Origin: an uncultured Desulfobacter sp.
GTDB taxonomy: Bacteria > Desulfobacterota > Desulfobacteria > Desulfobacterales > Desulfobacteraceae
Length of the DNA: 64,000 nt
NCBI GenBank assembly: GCA_963665095.1
Contig: OY762069.1
Location: 992,001-1,056,000, forward strand
Direction: 5' to 3'
Shown here: in pieces, positions 1-10,903 of the stretch
Numbering within the stretch: the first letter of the stretch is position 1
Layout of the letters: each line of letters starts with the position of its first letter
Notes under the pieces: generated by a model
What the model saw: only the letters and a program-made list of their open reading frames with translations
Told to the model about the DNA's origin: nothing
Databases searched by the model: none
Translations under genes and position numbers: made by a program

Positions 1-876
1 CCCGAAACAGAATATGAAGGTCTGCCCTTGATCAGACAGGGAAAGGTCAGGGACATTTTTGATACGGGCGATGCCCTGCTCATGGTTACCACAGACAGGC
101 TTTCCGCATTTGATGTGGTACTGCCGGATCCCATTCCCGACAAAGGCAAGGTATTAAACCAGATCTCGGCATTCTGGTTCAAAAAAATGGAATCCATTAT
201 TAAAAACCACATTATCAGTACGGATGTTGCTGACTTCCCCAACGAATTTCAAAAATACAAGGATGCTCTTGAAGGCCGCAGCATGCTGGTGAAAAAAGCC
301 AAACCCATGGCTGTGGAGTGCATTGTCAGGGGCTATATTTCAGGCTCGGGCTGGAAATCCTATAAAAAGGCAGGCCATGTCTGCAACATCCGGCTGCCGG
401 AAGGTATGAAAGAATCAGACAAGCTTGAAACGCCTTTGTTCACACCCTCCACCAAGGCTGAAATCGGTGATCATGATATCAATATCAGCTTTGAAGAAAC
501 AGTGAATATTTTAGGGAAAGAAACCGCTGAAAAACTACGCGATTTAAGTCTTGAGATATACAACACAGGCGCTGCGTTTGCTCTTGAAAAAGGAATTATT
601 ATTGCCGATACCAAGTTTGAATTCGGCGTGCTGGATGATGAAATTATTCTTATTGATGAAATTTTGACCCCGGACTCATCCAGGTTCTGGCCCCTTGATG
701 ACTATGAGCCGGGCAGGGGACAAAGAAGTTTTGACAAGCAGACCGTCAGGGACTGGCTCACCAATTCCGGTTGGGATAAAACCCCGCCGGCTCCGACACT
801 CCCGGCAGAAATTATTGAAAATACCAGCAAAACCTACAAAGAAATTTATAACCGTCTGACAGGCGATACCATCTGA
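1..876 (+). CDS. purC: SAICAR synthetase (5'-truncated by window edge)
   Basis: [28 protein letters not shown] and [12 protein letters not shown] motifs; the frame is open back to base 1 ([18 protein letters not shown]). Confidence 0.95.
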   Translation, partial: PETEYEGLPLIRQGKVRDIFDTGDALLMVTTDRLSAFDVVLPDPIPDKGKVLNQISAFWFKKMESIIKNHIISTDVADFPNEFQKYKDALEGRSMLVKKAKPMAVECIVRGYISGSGWKSYKKAGHVCNIRLPEGMKESDKLETPLFTPSTKAEIGDHDINISFEETVNILGKETAEKLRDLSLEIYNTGAAFALEKGIIIADTKFEFGVLDDEIILIDEILTPDSSRFWPLDDYEPGRGQRSFDKQTVRDWLTNSGWDKTPPAPTLPAEIIENTSKTYKEIYNRLTGDTI

Positions 877-879
877 TCC

Positions 880-1878
880 ATGGCAGATATAACGCTTTTT
901 GACATCCCGGTTTCTTCCATTGATCTGGCTGACACCGGGTTTCGTATTTCAGGACCCGGCCATGATATTGAACATCTGGCCGGGTCCATATCTGAAAACG
1001 GTCTTCTGTTACCACCGCTCCTGCTTAAAAAGGTCGAAAATTTTGCTATTGTGTCCGGCTTCAGGCGCATTGAGGCGGCAATTGATTCCGGACTTGAGCG
1101 GATCACCTGCCGAATATTAAGGCCGGATGGCGAAGCCGGGGGGCAGAAAAAAGCAGCTGTTGCGGCAGTGGCTGAAAACGCTTTTTCCAGGGAATTGTCG
1201 GCGGCAGAGCAGGTCCGTTCTGTGGCTTTATTAATCCGTTTTATGGATGTTAAAGAAGTGGCTGCCAGATCAGTCTCTATCTTCAACACGTCTTTGAACA
1301 CAGGGTATATTACCGCATTATCCCGCATTCATCAGATGCCGGAACCCGTGCTTGACCTTCTGGAACAGGGACATTTATCCATCAAGTCATGCAAAACCCT
1401 AATCTCCTTTAATGCTGACGACATCAGTGCCTTTTTATCTCTTTTTTCACGGATAAAAGTCTCGTCCGGTAATCAGATGGAGATTATTGCATGGGCAAAA
1501 GAGATCTGCGCCCTGGAGAAAATCAGCTTGTCGCAACTGGTTGAGCAAAGCCCTGTGGGGGCTGTCGGCCCAGATAAGACAGGGCAGGGCGGCAATGCCT
1601 CTTCCCATAAGGACATGGGCGCCCTTGGCAAGCAGTTCAAAGCCTTTCTGGGCACGCGCAGGTTTCCTTCCCTGACAAAGGCGAAAAAGAAGGCCATGGA
1701 GCAGATCCGGCACCTTGATCTGGATAAAGGAATGCAGATAACCATTCCTGATAATTTTGAAGGCCTGACGTATTCCCTGCAGCTGGAATTCGCAACTGTA
1801 CAAGAGTTTAACAATCATCTCTTATGTCTGTCCCGCATCGCTGATGAGCCCGGGTTTACATCATTTGTGGACAGGTAG
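880..1878 (+). CDS. ParB N-terminal (ParB/Srx CTPase-fold) domain protein
   Basis: LAGSISENGLLLPP, IVSGFRRIEAA (GxRR box II-like) and ENAFSREL (ENxxR-like) motifs; no parA adjacent. Confidence 0.8.
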   Translation: MADITLFDIPVSSIDLADTGFRISGPGHDIEHLAGSISENGLLLPPLLLKKVENFAIVSGFRRIEAAIDSGLERITCRILRPDGEAGGQKKAAVAAVAENAFSRELSAAEQVRSVALLIRFMDVKEVAARSVSIFNTSLNTGYITALSRIHQMPEPVLDLLEQGHLSIKSCKTLISFNADDISAFLSLFSRIKVSSGNQMEIIAWAKEICALEKISLSQLVEQSPVGAVGPDKTGQGGNASSHKDMGALGKQFKAFLGTRRFPSLTKAKKKAMEQIRHLDLDKGMQITIPDNFEGLTYSLQLEFATVQEFNNHLLCLSRIADEPGFTSFVDR

Positions 1879-1880
1879 GC

Positions 1881-2990
1881 ATGGCTGGCTTCAAACAGAT
1901 CTTTATAGACAGGGACCTTCCCCTGACTACGGAAATTGACTGCCTGATTGAAAAAACAGGGCTCTGCCCGGAAAAGATTGCTGATTCCCGGCCGGTGTAT
2001 GACCTGATCAACCAGGCCCCCGATCCGGTGGGGTTTGCCAAAACCGTTTTATACATTACAACCAACAAAGGGGCTTGCATCCGCAAATGTCCGGGCACCA
2101 GCTACTACACCTGCTGTGACTACACAATCCTTCACTGTGGCACCTTCTGCACCATGGACTGTGCCTACTGCATATTACAGGCCTATTTCCATCCTCCGGT
2201 ACTCCAGTATTTTGCAGGCCTGGATAGTATGGGAAACGCCCTTGATCAGGTGTTTACCGAAGACCGGATTTACCGCATAGGTACAGGAGAGTACACGGAT
2301 TCCCTTATCTGGGAGCCCATCAGCCTCATGCCTGAATATCTGGTTGAAAAATTTGCAAACCAGAATCATGCGGTTCTGGAGCTCAAAACCAAAACAGTCA
2401 GCATTGATTCCCTGCTCGATCTGCCCCACAACCGTAAAACCATCCTTTCCTGGTCTGTGAACACGCCTAAGGTAATTGCCTCGGAAGAACGGGGCACCGC
2501 AAGTCTGACCGCCCGTCTTAAAGCCGCGGCCAAGGCTGTATCCAAAGGATTCCGGGTGGCATTTCACTTTGATCCGATTATCCTGTATCCAGGCTGTGAA
2601 AACGAATATGAAACAGTGGTTGAAACCATATTTAATTATGTTTCACCCTCTGATGTGGTCTGGATTTCCATTGGCACCTTCAGGTTCATGCCCCATTTAA
2701 AACCCATTATTGAACAGCGCTTTTCAGGATCCACTATACCTTACGGCGAATTTATAACTGGACTTGATAATAAAATGCGCTATTTTAAACCACTGAGAAT
2801 CGCCATTTACCAGCGGCTGGCCGCAGTTTTCAGACAGATTGCCCCGGATGTCACAGTCTATTTCTGCATGGAAGACAAAGAGGTATGGGAAAAAACCTTC
2901 GGCTTTTTCCCTGAAAAACCCGGAGCGCTTGCCCACATGCTGGACAAGGCGGCTGTAAACCGGTGTGGGCTTGACAGTCGCCTTTTATAA
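1881..2990 (+). CDS. Spore photoproduct lyase-family radical SAM protein
   Basis: CTMDCAYC CxxxCxxC; ELKTK, WSVN, EERGTASLTARL, HFDPII and KMRYFKPLR resemble SplB-family motifs. Confidence 0.8.
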   Translation: MAGFKQIFIDRDLPLTTEIDCLIEKTGLCPEKIADSRPVYDLINQAPDPVGFAKTVLYITTNKGACIRKCPGTSYYTCCDYTILHCGTFCTMDCAYCILQAYFHPPVLQYFAGLDSMGNALDQVFTEDRIYRIGTGEYTDSLIWEPISLMPEYLVEKFANQNHAVLELKTKTVSIDSLLDLPHNRKTILSWSVNTPKVIASEERGTASLTARLKAAAKAVSKGFRVAFHFDPIILYPGCENEYETVVETIFNYVSPSDVVWISIGTFRFMPHLKPIIEQRFSGSTIPYGEFITGLDNKMRYFKPLRIAIYQRLAAVFRQIAPDVTVYFCMEDKEVWEKTFGFFPEKPGALAHMLDKAAVNRCGLDSRLL

Positions 2991-3072
2991 CCATTTTCCC
3001 AACTTAATTTACACCATCTTCAGCCGTAGTTAATCCCTGCAGGCTAACGGAAGTCATAAATTTTCCTATCGA

Positions 3073-5025
3073 TTATTTTCTGCCGTTTTTTTTGGCCAGC
3101 TTCTTTACATAGGATTCAAGCTTTAATCCGTGCCAGGCACCTTTGACAAGGGCTTTGATTTTACAGGATGAATAAAGGGCCTGGGTGAGATCACTGAAGA
3201 TGGTGTATTTTTTCTCAGTATAGGGAAACCAGTTGGCTTCCATTTTTGCTGAATTCTTATCAATGAGAACAGCTTTTACATTGGTAAATGCATAGAATCC
3301 GAATTCGCCTTTGTACCGGCCGAAGCCACTTTTCTGCACCCCGCCGAAGGGCAGGTTGTGGTTGCCTTCAGTGAGCATGACATTGTTGATGGAGACATTG
3401 CCCGTATAAATTGCCCGGGCTACCCGGTCCGCCCGATCAAGATCGTTGGACCAGACTGATGCAGACAGCCCGTATTCCGGATCATTGGCAAGTTCAACAG
3501 CCTGCGCTTCGCTGGAAAAAGAATATATGGGCAGAATGGGCCCGAAATTTTCCTGCTGATCCACGAGCATATCCGCTGTAATCCCTTCTACAATCATGGG
3601 AGGGATGAATTCAGACTTCCCGTCCCACTCCTGACCGGTTAGAAAAACCGCTCCTTTCTCCTTGGCATCTGCCACCTGGGCGGCAATGGTTTTCACCTGA
3701 CCTTGTGTACACATGGGCCCGATATCTGTGTTACCGTCCCTGTTATCTTTTTGGCTTAAGTTAAGGGTGGCCTCAACCAGGGCTTTCTTAAAGGGCTCAT
3801 AAATATTTTCATGGACAAACAGACGTTCAACCGATGTACAGGACTGTCCTGTGGTGGTAAACGCACCCCAGACAGCACCTGCAACGGCCCGGTCTATATT
3901 TACATCATCAAACACCACCATGGGATCCTTGCCTCCCAGCTCCAGCTCCACAGGAATCAGATGCTTTGCGGCCTTCTCCATGACATGCCGCCCCACCGCC
4001 TGGCTGCCGATGAGAAAAATTTTGTCCGGCCTGCCCTCCACCAGGGCATCCCCCACCGTTTCCCCGGCACCGTATACGATCTGGACCCAGCCGGCACGAA
4101 ATCCCGCTTTTGAGAGCAACCCCTCCACAAGTCCGGTCAAGGGTGTGGCTGAAGAGGGTTTAAACACCACGGCATTGCCTGCAATAAAGGCCTGGGTGAT
4201 TGGCACAATGGCCTGATAAAAGGGGTAGTTCCAGGGAGAAATCAACAGCACTGTCCCCATGGGCTCAAAATATACCCGGGATTTTTTTCCCATCAGAGCA
4301 AAGGGGGTGGGCACGTTTCGGTCCTTAAGAACTTTAACCGCGTTTTTCTCCAGGTAATCCAGATAATCCAGCACCCCGAAAATTTCAGCAGTAATGGCAT
4401 CAAACCGGGATTTTCGGGTATCCGCCTGGATGCGGTCGAGGATATGTTCCTGTTGCTCCAGGATCAGCGCCTTCAAGGCTGAAATGAACTCCACCCGCTT
4501 TTTCACTCCCCACTCGCGAAGCTCAGACTGGGCAGTCCTGGCCCGGTGGTACACCTTTGCAATATCTTCTGGCGTTGGGTTTTCCAGATTGATAGACATC
4601 TCTTTTGCGGGCAGTTCATCCTTTCGCAGGGAAAGTTTCGGATGCCAGTCAATGGCGTCGTGTACAGTTTTCCCCTGGTATCCGGGTGCAGTCACATTGG
4701 AAAAATAGGGAGAATACACTGCCCCCTTGATCCCAATTTCAAGCATTCGCAGTGGCGCGCCCAGAAAATCTGGCAGGTTATCGCTTTTGCGCCACAGGGA
4801 GAACAACATGCGAATTTTCCATTTTGGTGTGTACCTGAACAGTGAGAGTATAAGACGCAATCCGGATAGATCCTCCTGGGACAGAAAGGCAGCCATTCGG
4901 TCCATATGTACAATACACCCGGTTTGTGAAAAAGAAGGGGACTTCGCCGTACCAGGAAGCAGTATATCCCCGGCCTTGGCCAGTCCTTTGAGCTGGGTCT
5001 GTGAAAAATATCTGGATACCATCAT
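3073..5025 (-). CDS. Aldehyde dehydrogenase with ~140-aa extra N-terminal domain
   Basis: ISPWNYP, FKPS, LELGGKDP (catalytic Glu), GQSCTS (catalytic Cys), ENFGP, LPFGG. Confidence 0.9.
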   Translation of the reverse strand: MMVSRYFSQTQLKGLAKAGDILLPGTAKSPSFSQTGCIVHMDRMAAFLSQEDLSGLRLILSLFRYTPKWKIRMLFSLWRKSDNLPDFLGAPLRMLEIGIKGAVYSPYFSNVTAPGYQGKTVHDAIDWHPKLSLRKDELPAKEMSINLENPTPEDIAKVYHRARTAQSELREWGVKKRVEFISALKALILEQQEHILDRIQADTRKSRFDAITAEIFGVLDYLDYLEKNAVKVLKDRNVPTPFALMGKKSRVYFEPMGTVLLISPWNYPFYQAIVPITQAFIAGNAVVFKPSSATPLTGLVEGLLSKAGFRAGWVQIVYGAGETVGDALVEGRPDKIFLIGSQAVGRHVMEKAAKHLIPVELELGGKDPMVVFDDVNIDRAVAGAVWGAFTTTGQSCTSVERLFVHENIYEPFKKALVEATLNLSQKDNRDGNTDIGPMCTQGQVKTIAAQVADAKEKGAVFLTGQEWDGKSEFIPPMIVEGITADMLVDQQENFGPILPIYSFSSEAQAVELANDPEYGLSASVWSNDLDRADRVARAIYTGNVSINNVMLTEGNHNLPFGGVQKSGFGRYKGEFGFYAFTNVKAVLIDKNSAKMEANWFPYTEKKYTIFSDLTQALYSSCKIKALVKGAWHGLKLESYVKKLAKKNGRK

Positions 5026-6437
5026 TTTATCTTTTCCTTTTTCAGAATGGTGTGGGCGGCTTTTTTAGACAGCGCCATAATGGTCAGTGACGGATTGATG
5101 CCCGGGGCATTGGGAAAAATGGAGGAGTCCGCAATGTACATACCAGGGGTGCTGTGAACCTCAAATTCCGGGGTTACCACGGAATTGGCCGGATCCGTTC
5201 CCATGGCGCAGCAGCCCATCAGGTGCAGCCCGATGCCGAACCTCCCATGGATGATCTCTTTAGCCCCCGTGGTCTTGAAAATATCTTCAATCACAGTTTT
5301 ACCGCGTTCATACCGGTTGATATCTTCCTGGTTCAAAGATTTTCTGATCATGGCCCTGCCTTTCCGATTCACAGTAACTGTGCCGGGCTCGGTATCCCGG
5401 GTGCAGACCTCAATACAGGCAAAATGGGATAGTTTCTCCATGGTCTCTTGGAATGGCTTGCCAAATCCAGGCACCAGAAGTGCCATCCCCTCAGGGCCGG
5501 CATATACATTTTCAAGCTTAAATCCGTCTTTCCTGAATCCTTTGTCATCGGATTTAAATGCCTGGAATGCGCCTAAATGGGAGTTTATCTTTTCATCATA
5601 CACCCCGAAACTCATGTACTGGGGATGGCAGTAAAAACCCCTGCCCAGGCTGGGTAGTTTTTTCCCAAAACCAGAATTAAGCAATAATCTTGCATTGCCA
5701 ATGGCGCCGCCTGCCAGCACAAGGTTGCGACCTTTAAATTCAGCTTGCCCGTTGTTGGCCTGTATACCGCACACCTGAAACTCTTTGTTTATCGAGGTTA
5801 TTCTTACCACTTCGGTCTCCGGTACCAGAACCAGGCCGTTTTCAAGGGCCGTTTTAAGAACGGTTTCAAGGGTGCTTTGTTTAGAGCCCAGACGGCAGCC
5901 GTTCAGACATTCAATGCAGCAGTTGCCCTCTTCAAGTCGGCAGTTGCTCTGGGCACGGCGCAGGGGAGCATTCTGAAAATTTAAATTTTTAAATCCCTGG
6001 TCAAAAATCTCAGCGTTTTTATTTCTGAACTGTGCCGGTATTTCCTGAATCTCAATACTGTTCTCGGCGCTTTCATACCAGGGTGACATATCGTCAACCG
6101 TGAAATAGTCCACACCGGACTGTAGACGCCATGCATCCAGAGCATCTTCGTCAAATCGGTCCACCAGAGCCTGATTGACAACAGAACCGCCTCCTACTAC
6201 CTTGGGTCGTAAAAAAGCAATTTTACAGTCATGACCAAGCTCCATGCCGCCTGACCAGTAGAGCTGGGAATTGCCGTCCAGGCCGTTGGTTGGAAAGGTT
6301 TTGCGGGTAAAGTGCCGTCCTGCTTCAATGAGCAGACACCTGGCACCTGCCCGGCAAAGCTCATCCGCAATGAAAGGGCCGGAAATTCCCGCCCCCACAA
6401 TAATAAAATCAAATTTTTGGAAGCGTGCCACAGTCAT
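5022..6437 (-). CDS. GMC-family FAD oxidoreductase
   Basis: GAGISG dinucleotide fold, VGGGSVVN, Cys cluster NCCIECLNGC, HLMG and PGINPSLT active-site motifs; overlaps the ALDH start. Confidence 0.9.
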   Translation of the reverse strand: MTVARFQKFDFIIVGAGISGPFIADELCRAGARCLLIEAGRHFTRKTFPTNGLDGNSQLYWSGGMELGHDCKIAFLRPKVVGGGSVVNQALVDRFDEDALDAWRLQSGVDYFTVDDMSPWYESAENSIEIQEIPAQFRNKNAEIFDQGFKNLNFQNAPLRRAQSNCRLEEGNCCIECLNGCRLGSKQSTLETVLKTALENGLVLVPETEVVRITSINKEFQVCGIQANNGQAEFKGRNLVLAGGAIGNARLLLNSGFGKKLPSLGRGFYCHPQYMSFGVYDEKINSHLGAFQAFKSDDKGFRKDGFKLENVYAGPEGMALLVPGFGKPFQETMEKLSHFACIEVCTRDTEPGTVTVNRKGRAMIRKSLNQEDINRYERGKTVIEDIFKTTGAKEIIHGRFGIGLHLMGCCAMGTDPANSVVTPEFEVHSTPGMYIADSSIFPNAPGINPSLTIMALSKKAAHTILKKEKIK

Positions 6438-6454
6438 CTCCTTTTAAAGGGTTC

Positions 6455-7672
6455 TTATAAAAACGCATACCCCTGACCCCGGTATGTCGGAACACTGCCA
6501 TGGTATTGCCCGTTTTTAACCAGGAACAACTCATTAAACCGTTCGCACAGTTCCCCCGCCTTGGCATGTTGAAAGAATACAGGATCGTATGGTTTTAGGC
6601 TGGGTCCGTTTCGGGGCAGTTTCAGCGGGGTCTGCACTTCGCCGGCACCTTCCATGGAAAGGTAAGACAACCCTTGTGGCATGACCGGCCAGGGCAGTCG
6701 GTTGGCATTGACTTCGCCTGATCCCACATACCCTCCGCCGACACAGGTAATGATACCCGGTGTTGGATTCCTGCCCACCTGCAGGCCAAAAAACGCGGCT
6801 GGTTCAAAATTGACATCATGAAAATAGGTGAAAAGTCCGGGCGCAAAAAAAGCACTTCCTGCGGTTACTTCTGTGACACCTGGGTCATTGCCTGTGGAGA
6901 TCAGGCTGCCACTGCCCCCACCGTTGACGACCTCTATCTGAATACCTTCGTCTAAGAGGCGCTTAACCATCTCCGCCCGCCGCCGGCTAAGTTCCCTGGC
7001 TGAATGCTGTTTCACCCATCTTATCAATATATTTTTCAGGGTACTGCCCGGAAGATTATCGTTGACTGAGGCGATCTGAGCTTCATATCCCATGACAGCA
7101 GAGATTTTTATCCCCGGAAGAGTATCAACAGCCTTTTGAGCCAACGCCAGCACCTGATCCGGATGTAATAAGGGACTGCGCCGAACACCTAAATGAATTA
7201 GATTGCCAAACGGGCGAAAAGACATGTCTACGTCCAGACATACCTTTAAGGCGACGCCTTCTTTTGCCCCCATACCTGAAATGGCCTCAAGATGCTCAAA
7301 ACAATCGGCCATCATGGTGACATTTGCCCCCTGGGTGGTTTTTTTAACAAACAGGGCGAGATCTGAAGGCTGAATGGAGGGATAGGCCACAATAATATCA
7401 TTAAATCCGTGGTCAATTAACAGCGCTGCCTCCTCCATGGTAAATGCCAGTATTCCTTTAAACACCGGGCCTCCTTTGTCAAATACCCGTTTGATCAAAT
7501 CAAGGCATCTCAACGATTTGGATGCAATGCGAATGGTCTTGCCCGTCTCTTTTTGAGTGGCAGCCACATAGGCCACATTCCGGTCAAACCGGTCAAGATC
7601 CACAAAAGCAAGGGGATATCTGAATCCTTCAAAGATTTCCCGGTACTGTACATAAGCGGTGTCCCAGTCCAT
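6455..7672 (-). CDS. PLP fold-type III amino acid deaminase/aldolase (DSD1/D-threonine aldolase-like)
   Basis: RIASKSLRC PLP-lysine motif, MGYEAQIA, NGGGSGS, EGAGEVQTP, HAKAGELCERF; start moved to MDWDT at 7672 (AAGGAGAG SD). Confidence 0.8.
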   Translation of the reverse strand: MDWDTAYVQYREIFEGFRYPLAFVDLDRFDRNVAYVAATQKETGKTIRIASKSLRCLDLIKRVFDKGGPVFKGILAFTMEEAALLIDHGFNDIIVAYPSIQPSDLALFVKKTTQGANVTMMADCFEHLEAISGMGAKEGVALKVCLDVDMSFRPFGNLIHLGVRRSPLLHPDQVLALAQKAVDTLPGIKISAVMGYEAQIASVNDNLPGSTLKNILIRWVKQHSARELSRRRAEMVKRLLDEGIQIEVVNGGGSGSLISTGNDPGVTEVTAGSAFFAPGLFTYFHDVNFEPAAFFGLQVGRNPTPGIITCVGGGYVGSGEVNANRLPWPVMPQGLSYLSMEGAGEVQTPLKLPRNGPSLKPYDPVFFQHAKAGELCERFNELFLVKNGQYHGSVPTYRGQGYAFL

Positions 7673-7674
7673 AA

Positions 7675-8331
7675 TTACTCTCCTTGAGTACTGCAGCCAA
7701 CAGCCGCCCGGATAACATATGCGATCAAATCCCGGGTAATGGCAAGTGTCCTGTCCAGGCTGACTGCAGCCGGATCTGCAAACCATTGCAGTTCAATGCC
7801 TTCATGAATGGCCACCACAGTCGCAGCCAGTTGCTGTCGCTTGACCGGATCAAGCTGATCAAATCCAGGTACCTGATTTAGCTGTGCCACAATGGCCTGC
7901 CTGAACCGAATAAACATTCTGGCCATGAAACTTCTGATTTTTAAATTAGTTCGTGCTGCAACCAGGCATTCAAGAAAAAATCCGGTATGAACTTCACTGA
8001 TCATATTTTCCGAAAAGATAAAAGGCAGGCCGGGAATATCTTTAACCATGCACGTGTTTGAAGATGATTCTTTTTTGCTGGTCCTTAATTTACCCGTCTG
8101 TTCCAACTGATCCTGAAAACGCTCAAATATCCCGTCTGTATACAGCTTTACCGCTTCTTCAATCAGCTCCTCACGGTTTTTAAAATAATGATGAAGAATG
8201 GAAGGATGAAGGCCTGCTGTTTTGGCAATTTTGCGAATGGAGGCGTTTGCCATTCCTGATGTTTCCACACAGGTAAAGAAAGCCTGGATAATTTCAAGAC
8301 GGCGCTGGTCTGCTTTGCTTTTTCGTCCCAT
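7675..8331 (-). CDS. TetR/AcrR family transcriptional regulator
   Basis: N-terminal HTH SIRKIAKTAGLHPSILHHYFKNREEL; start taken as MGRKS at 8331. Confidence 0.9.
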   Translation of the reverse strand: MGRKSKADQRRLEIIQAFFTCVETSGMANASIRKIAKTAGLHPSILHHYFKNREELIEEAVKLYTDGIFERFQDQLEQTGKLRTSKKESSSNTCMVKDIPGLPFIFSENMISEVHTGFFLECLVAARTNLKIRSFMARMFIRFRQAIVAQLNQVPGFDQLDPVKRQQLAATVVAIHEGIELQWFADPAAVSLDRTLAITRDLIAYVIRAAVGCSTQGE

Positions 8332-8348
8332 ACCGCTTCCTGTAGATA

Positions 8349-8402
8349 ATAAATTGATCGTACGTATGTACAATTTATATTTTTAATAGACGGTGCTGTC
8401 AA
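8349..8402 (-). promoter_or_regulatory. Sigma70 promoter with overlapping palindromic operator for the TetR operon
   Basis: Minus strand TTGACA-17 nt-TATAAA; palindrome ATAAATTG-atcgTACGTAtgta-CAATTTAT at 8349-8378 overlaps the -10 and the likely start site. Confidence 0.75.
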
Positions 8403-8584
8403 CTGCTTTTAAAAATCAAATAAAAAATCGGTTACTGAGTTTATAATACTTGCCACCAAACCTTCACGTTCTAAATGGGGGTATAACAGCTAAAATTTAT
8501 TTAGATGGTAATGGAATTTATTTGGTTGGTAATGGGAGAAGGTCTAGGTTGAGCGTTGTTTGTATCAAAATTGTATTTATACAA

Positions 8585-8625
8585 ATAAAAAAGGCTTTCA
8601 AGTCGAAACCTGAAAACCCTTGTTT
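8585..8625 (-). terminator. Probable intrinsic terminator after tRNA-Arg
   Basis: Minus strand AAGGGTTTTCAGG-TTTCGA-CTTGAAAGCCTT followed by a T-run. Confidence 0.55.
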
Positions 8626-8629
8626 TTTG

Positions 8630-8706
8630 TGGCGCGCCCGGAGCGATTCGAACGCCCGACCCCTTGATTCGTAGTCAAGTACTCTATCCAGCTGAGCTAC
8701 GGGCGC
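8630..8706 (-). tRNA. tRNA-Arg(ACG)
   Basis: Reverse complement GCGCCCGTAGCTCAGCTGGATAGAGTACTTGACTACGAATCAAGGGGTCGGGCGTTCGAATCGCTCCGGGCGCGCCA; cloverleaf, ACG anticodon, encoded CCA. Confidence 0.97.
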
Positions 8707-8721
8707 CCAAAAAACCAGCCA

Positions 8722-8750
8722 TATATATCAGCCTTCGAACAATAATACAA
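8722..8750 (-). promoter_or_regulatory. Putative sigma70 promoter of tRNA-Arg
   Basis: Minus strand TTGTAT-17 nt-TATATA with an extended -10 TG. Confidence 0.5.
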
Positions 8751-8876
8751 GCCATTTTCTTGTTCACCATAAAATAAAAATAAATGTGCAGGGCGGTTTG
8801 AGCCCATTATTTTTTTAAGCTAACGGCATATTATTTGACCTGACACTAAAAGGCCTATATATATGAATGCTGGAAT

Positions 8877-10617
<1,741 letters not shown>

Positions 10618-10618
10618 A

Positions 10619-10647
10619 TTGACTTTCACCTGATATTGGTATATTAA
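10619..10647 (+). promoter_or_regulatory. Putative sigma70 promoter of tRNA-Pro
   Basis: TTGACT-17 nt-TATTAA. Confidence 0.55.
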
Positions 10648-10663
10648 ATAGCGTCTTCAGCGT

Positions 10664-10740
10664 CGGGATGTGGCTCAGCCTGGTAGAGCACCTCGTTCGG
10701 GACGAGGGGGTCGGAGGTTCAAATCCTCTCATCCCGACCA
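10664..10740 (+). tRNA. tRNA-Pro(CGG)
   Basis: CGGGATGTGGCTCAGCCTGGTAGAGCACCTCGTTCGGGACGAGGGGGTCGGAGGTTCAAATCCTCTCATCCCGACCA; anticodon loop TTCGGGA. Confidence 0.97.
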
Positions 10741-10749
10741 CTGAAAATT

Positions 10750-10782
10750 AACCGAAATCACTTTTGATTTCGGTTTTTTTTG
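10750..10782 (+). terminator. Intrinsic terminator after tRNA-Pro
   Basis: AACCGAAATCA-cttt-TGATTTCGGTT followed by a T-run. Confidence 0.85.
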
Positions 10783-10800
10783 TGGCCGACATCGCTACAG

Positions 10801-10847
10801 TAAATAAAAACGGCCTGCAATGCATTTTATATTTGCATTACAGGCCG
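10801..10847 (-). terminator. Intrinsic terminator of the fusA-ATPase transcript
   Basis: CGGCCTGCAATGCA...TGCATTACAGGCCG inverted repeat; T-rich tail on the minus strand. Confidence 0.7.
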
Positions 10848-10903
10848 CAAGAAAGCAAATAGCCTGGCTCTTTATTGGTATCAGCCGAGCTGCTATTTTA
10901 AAG

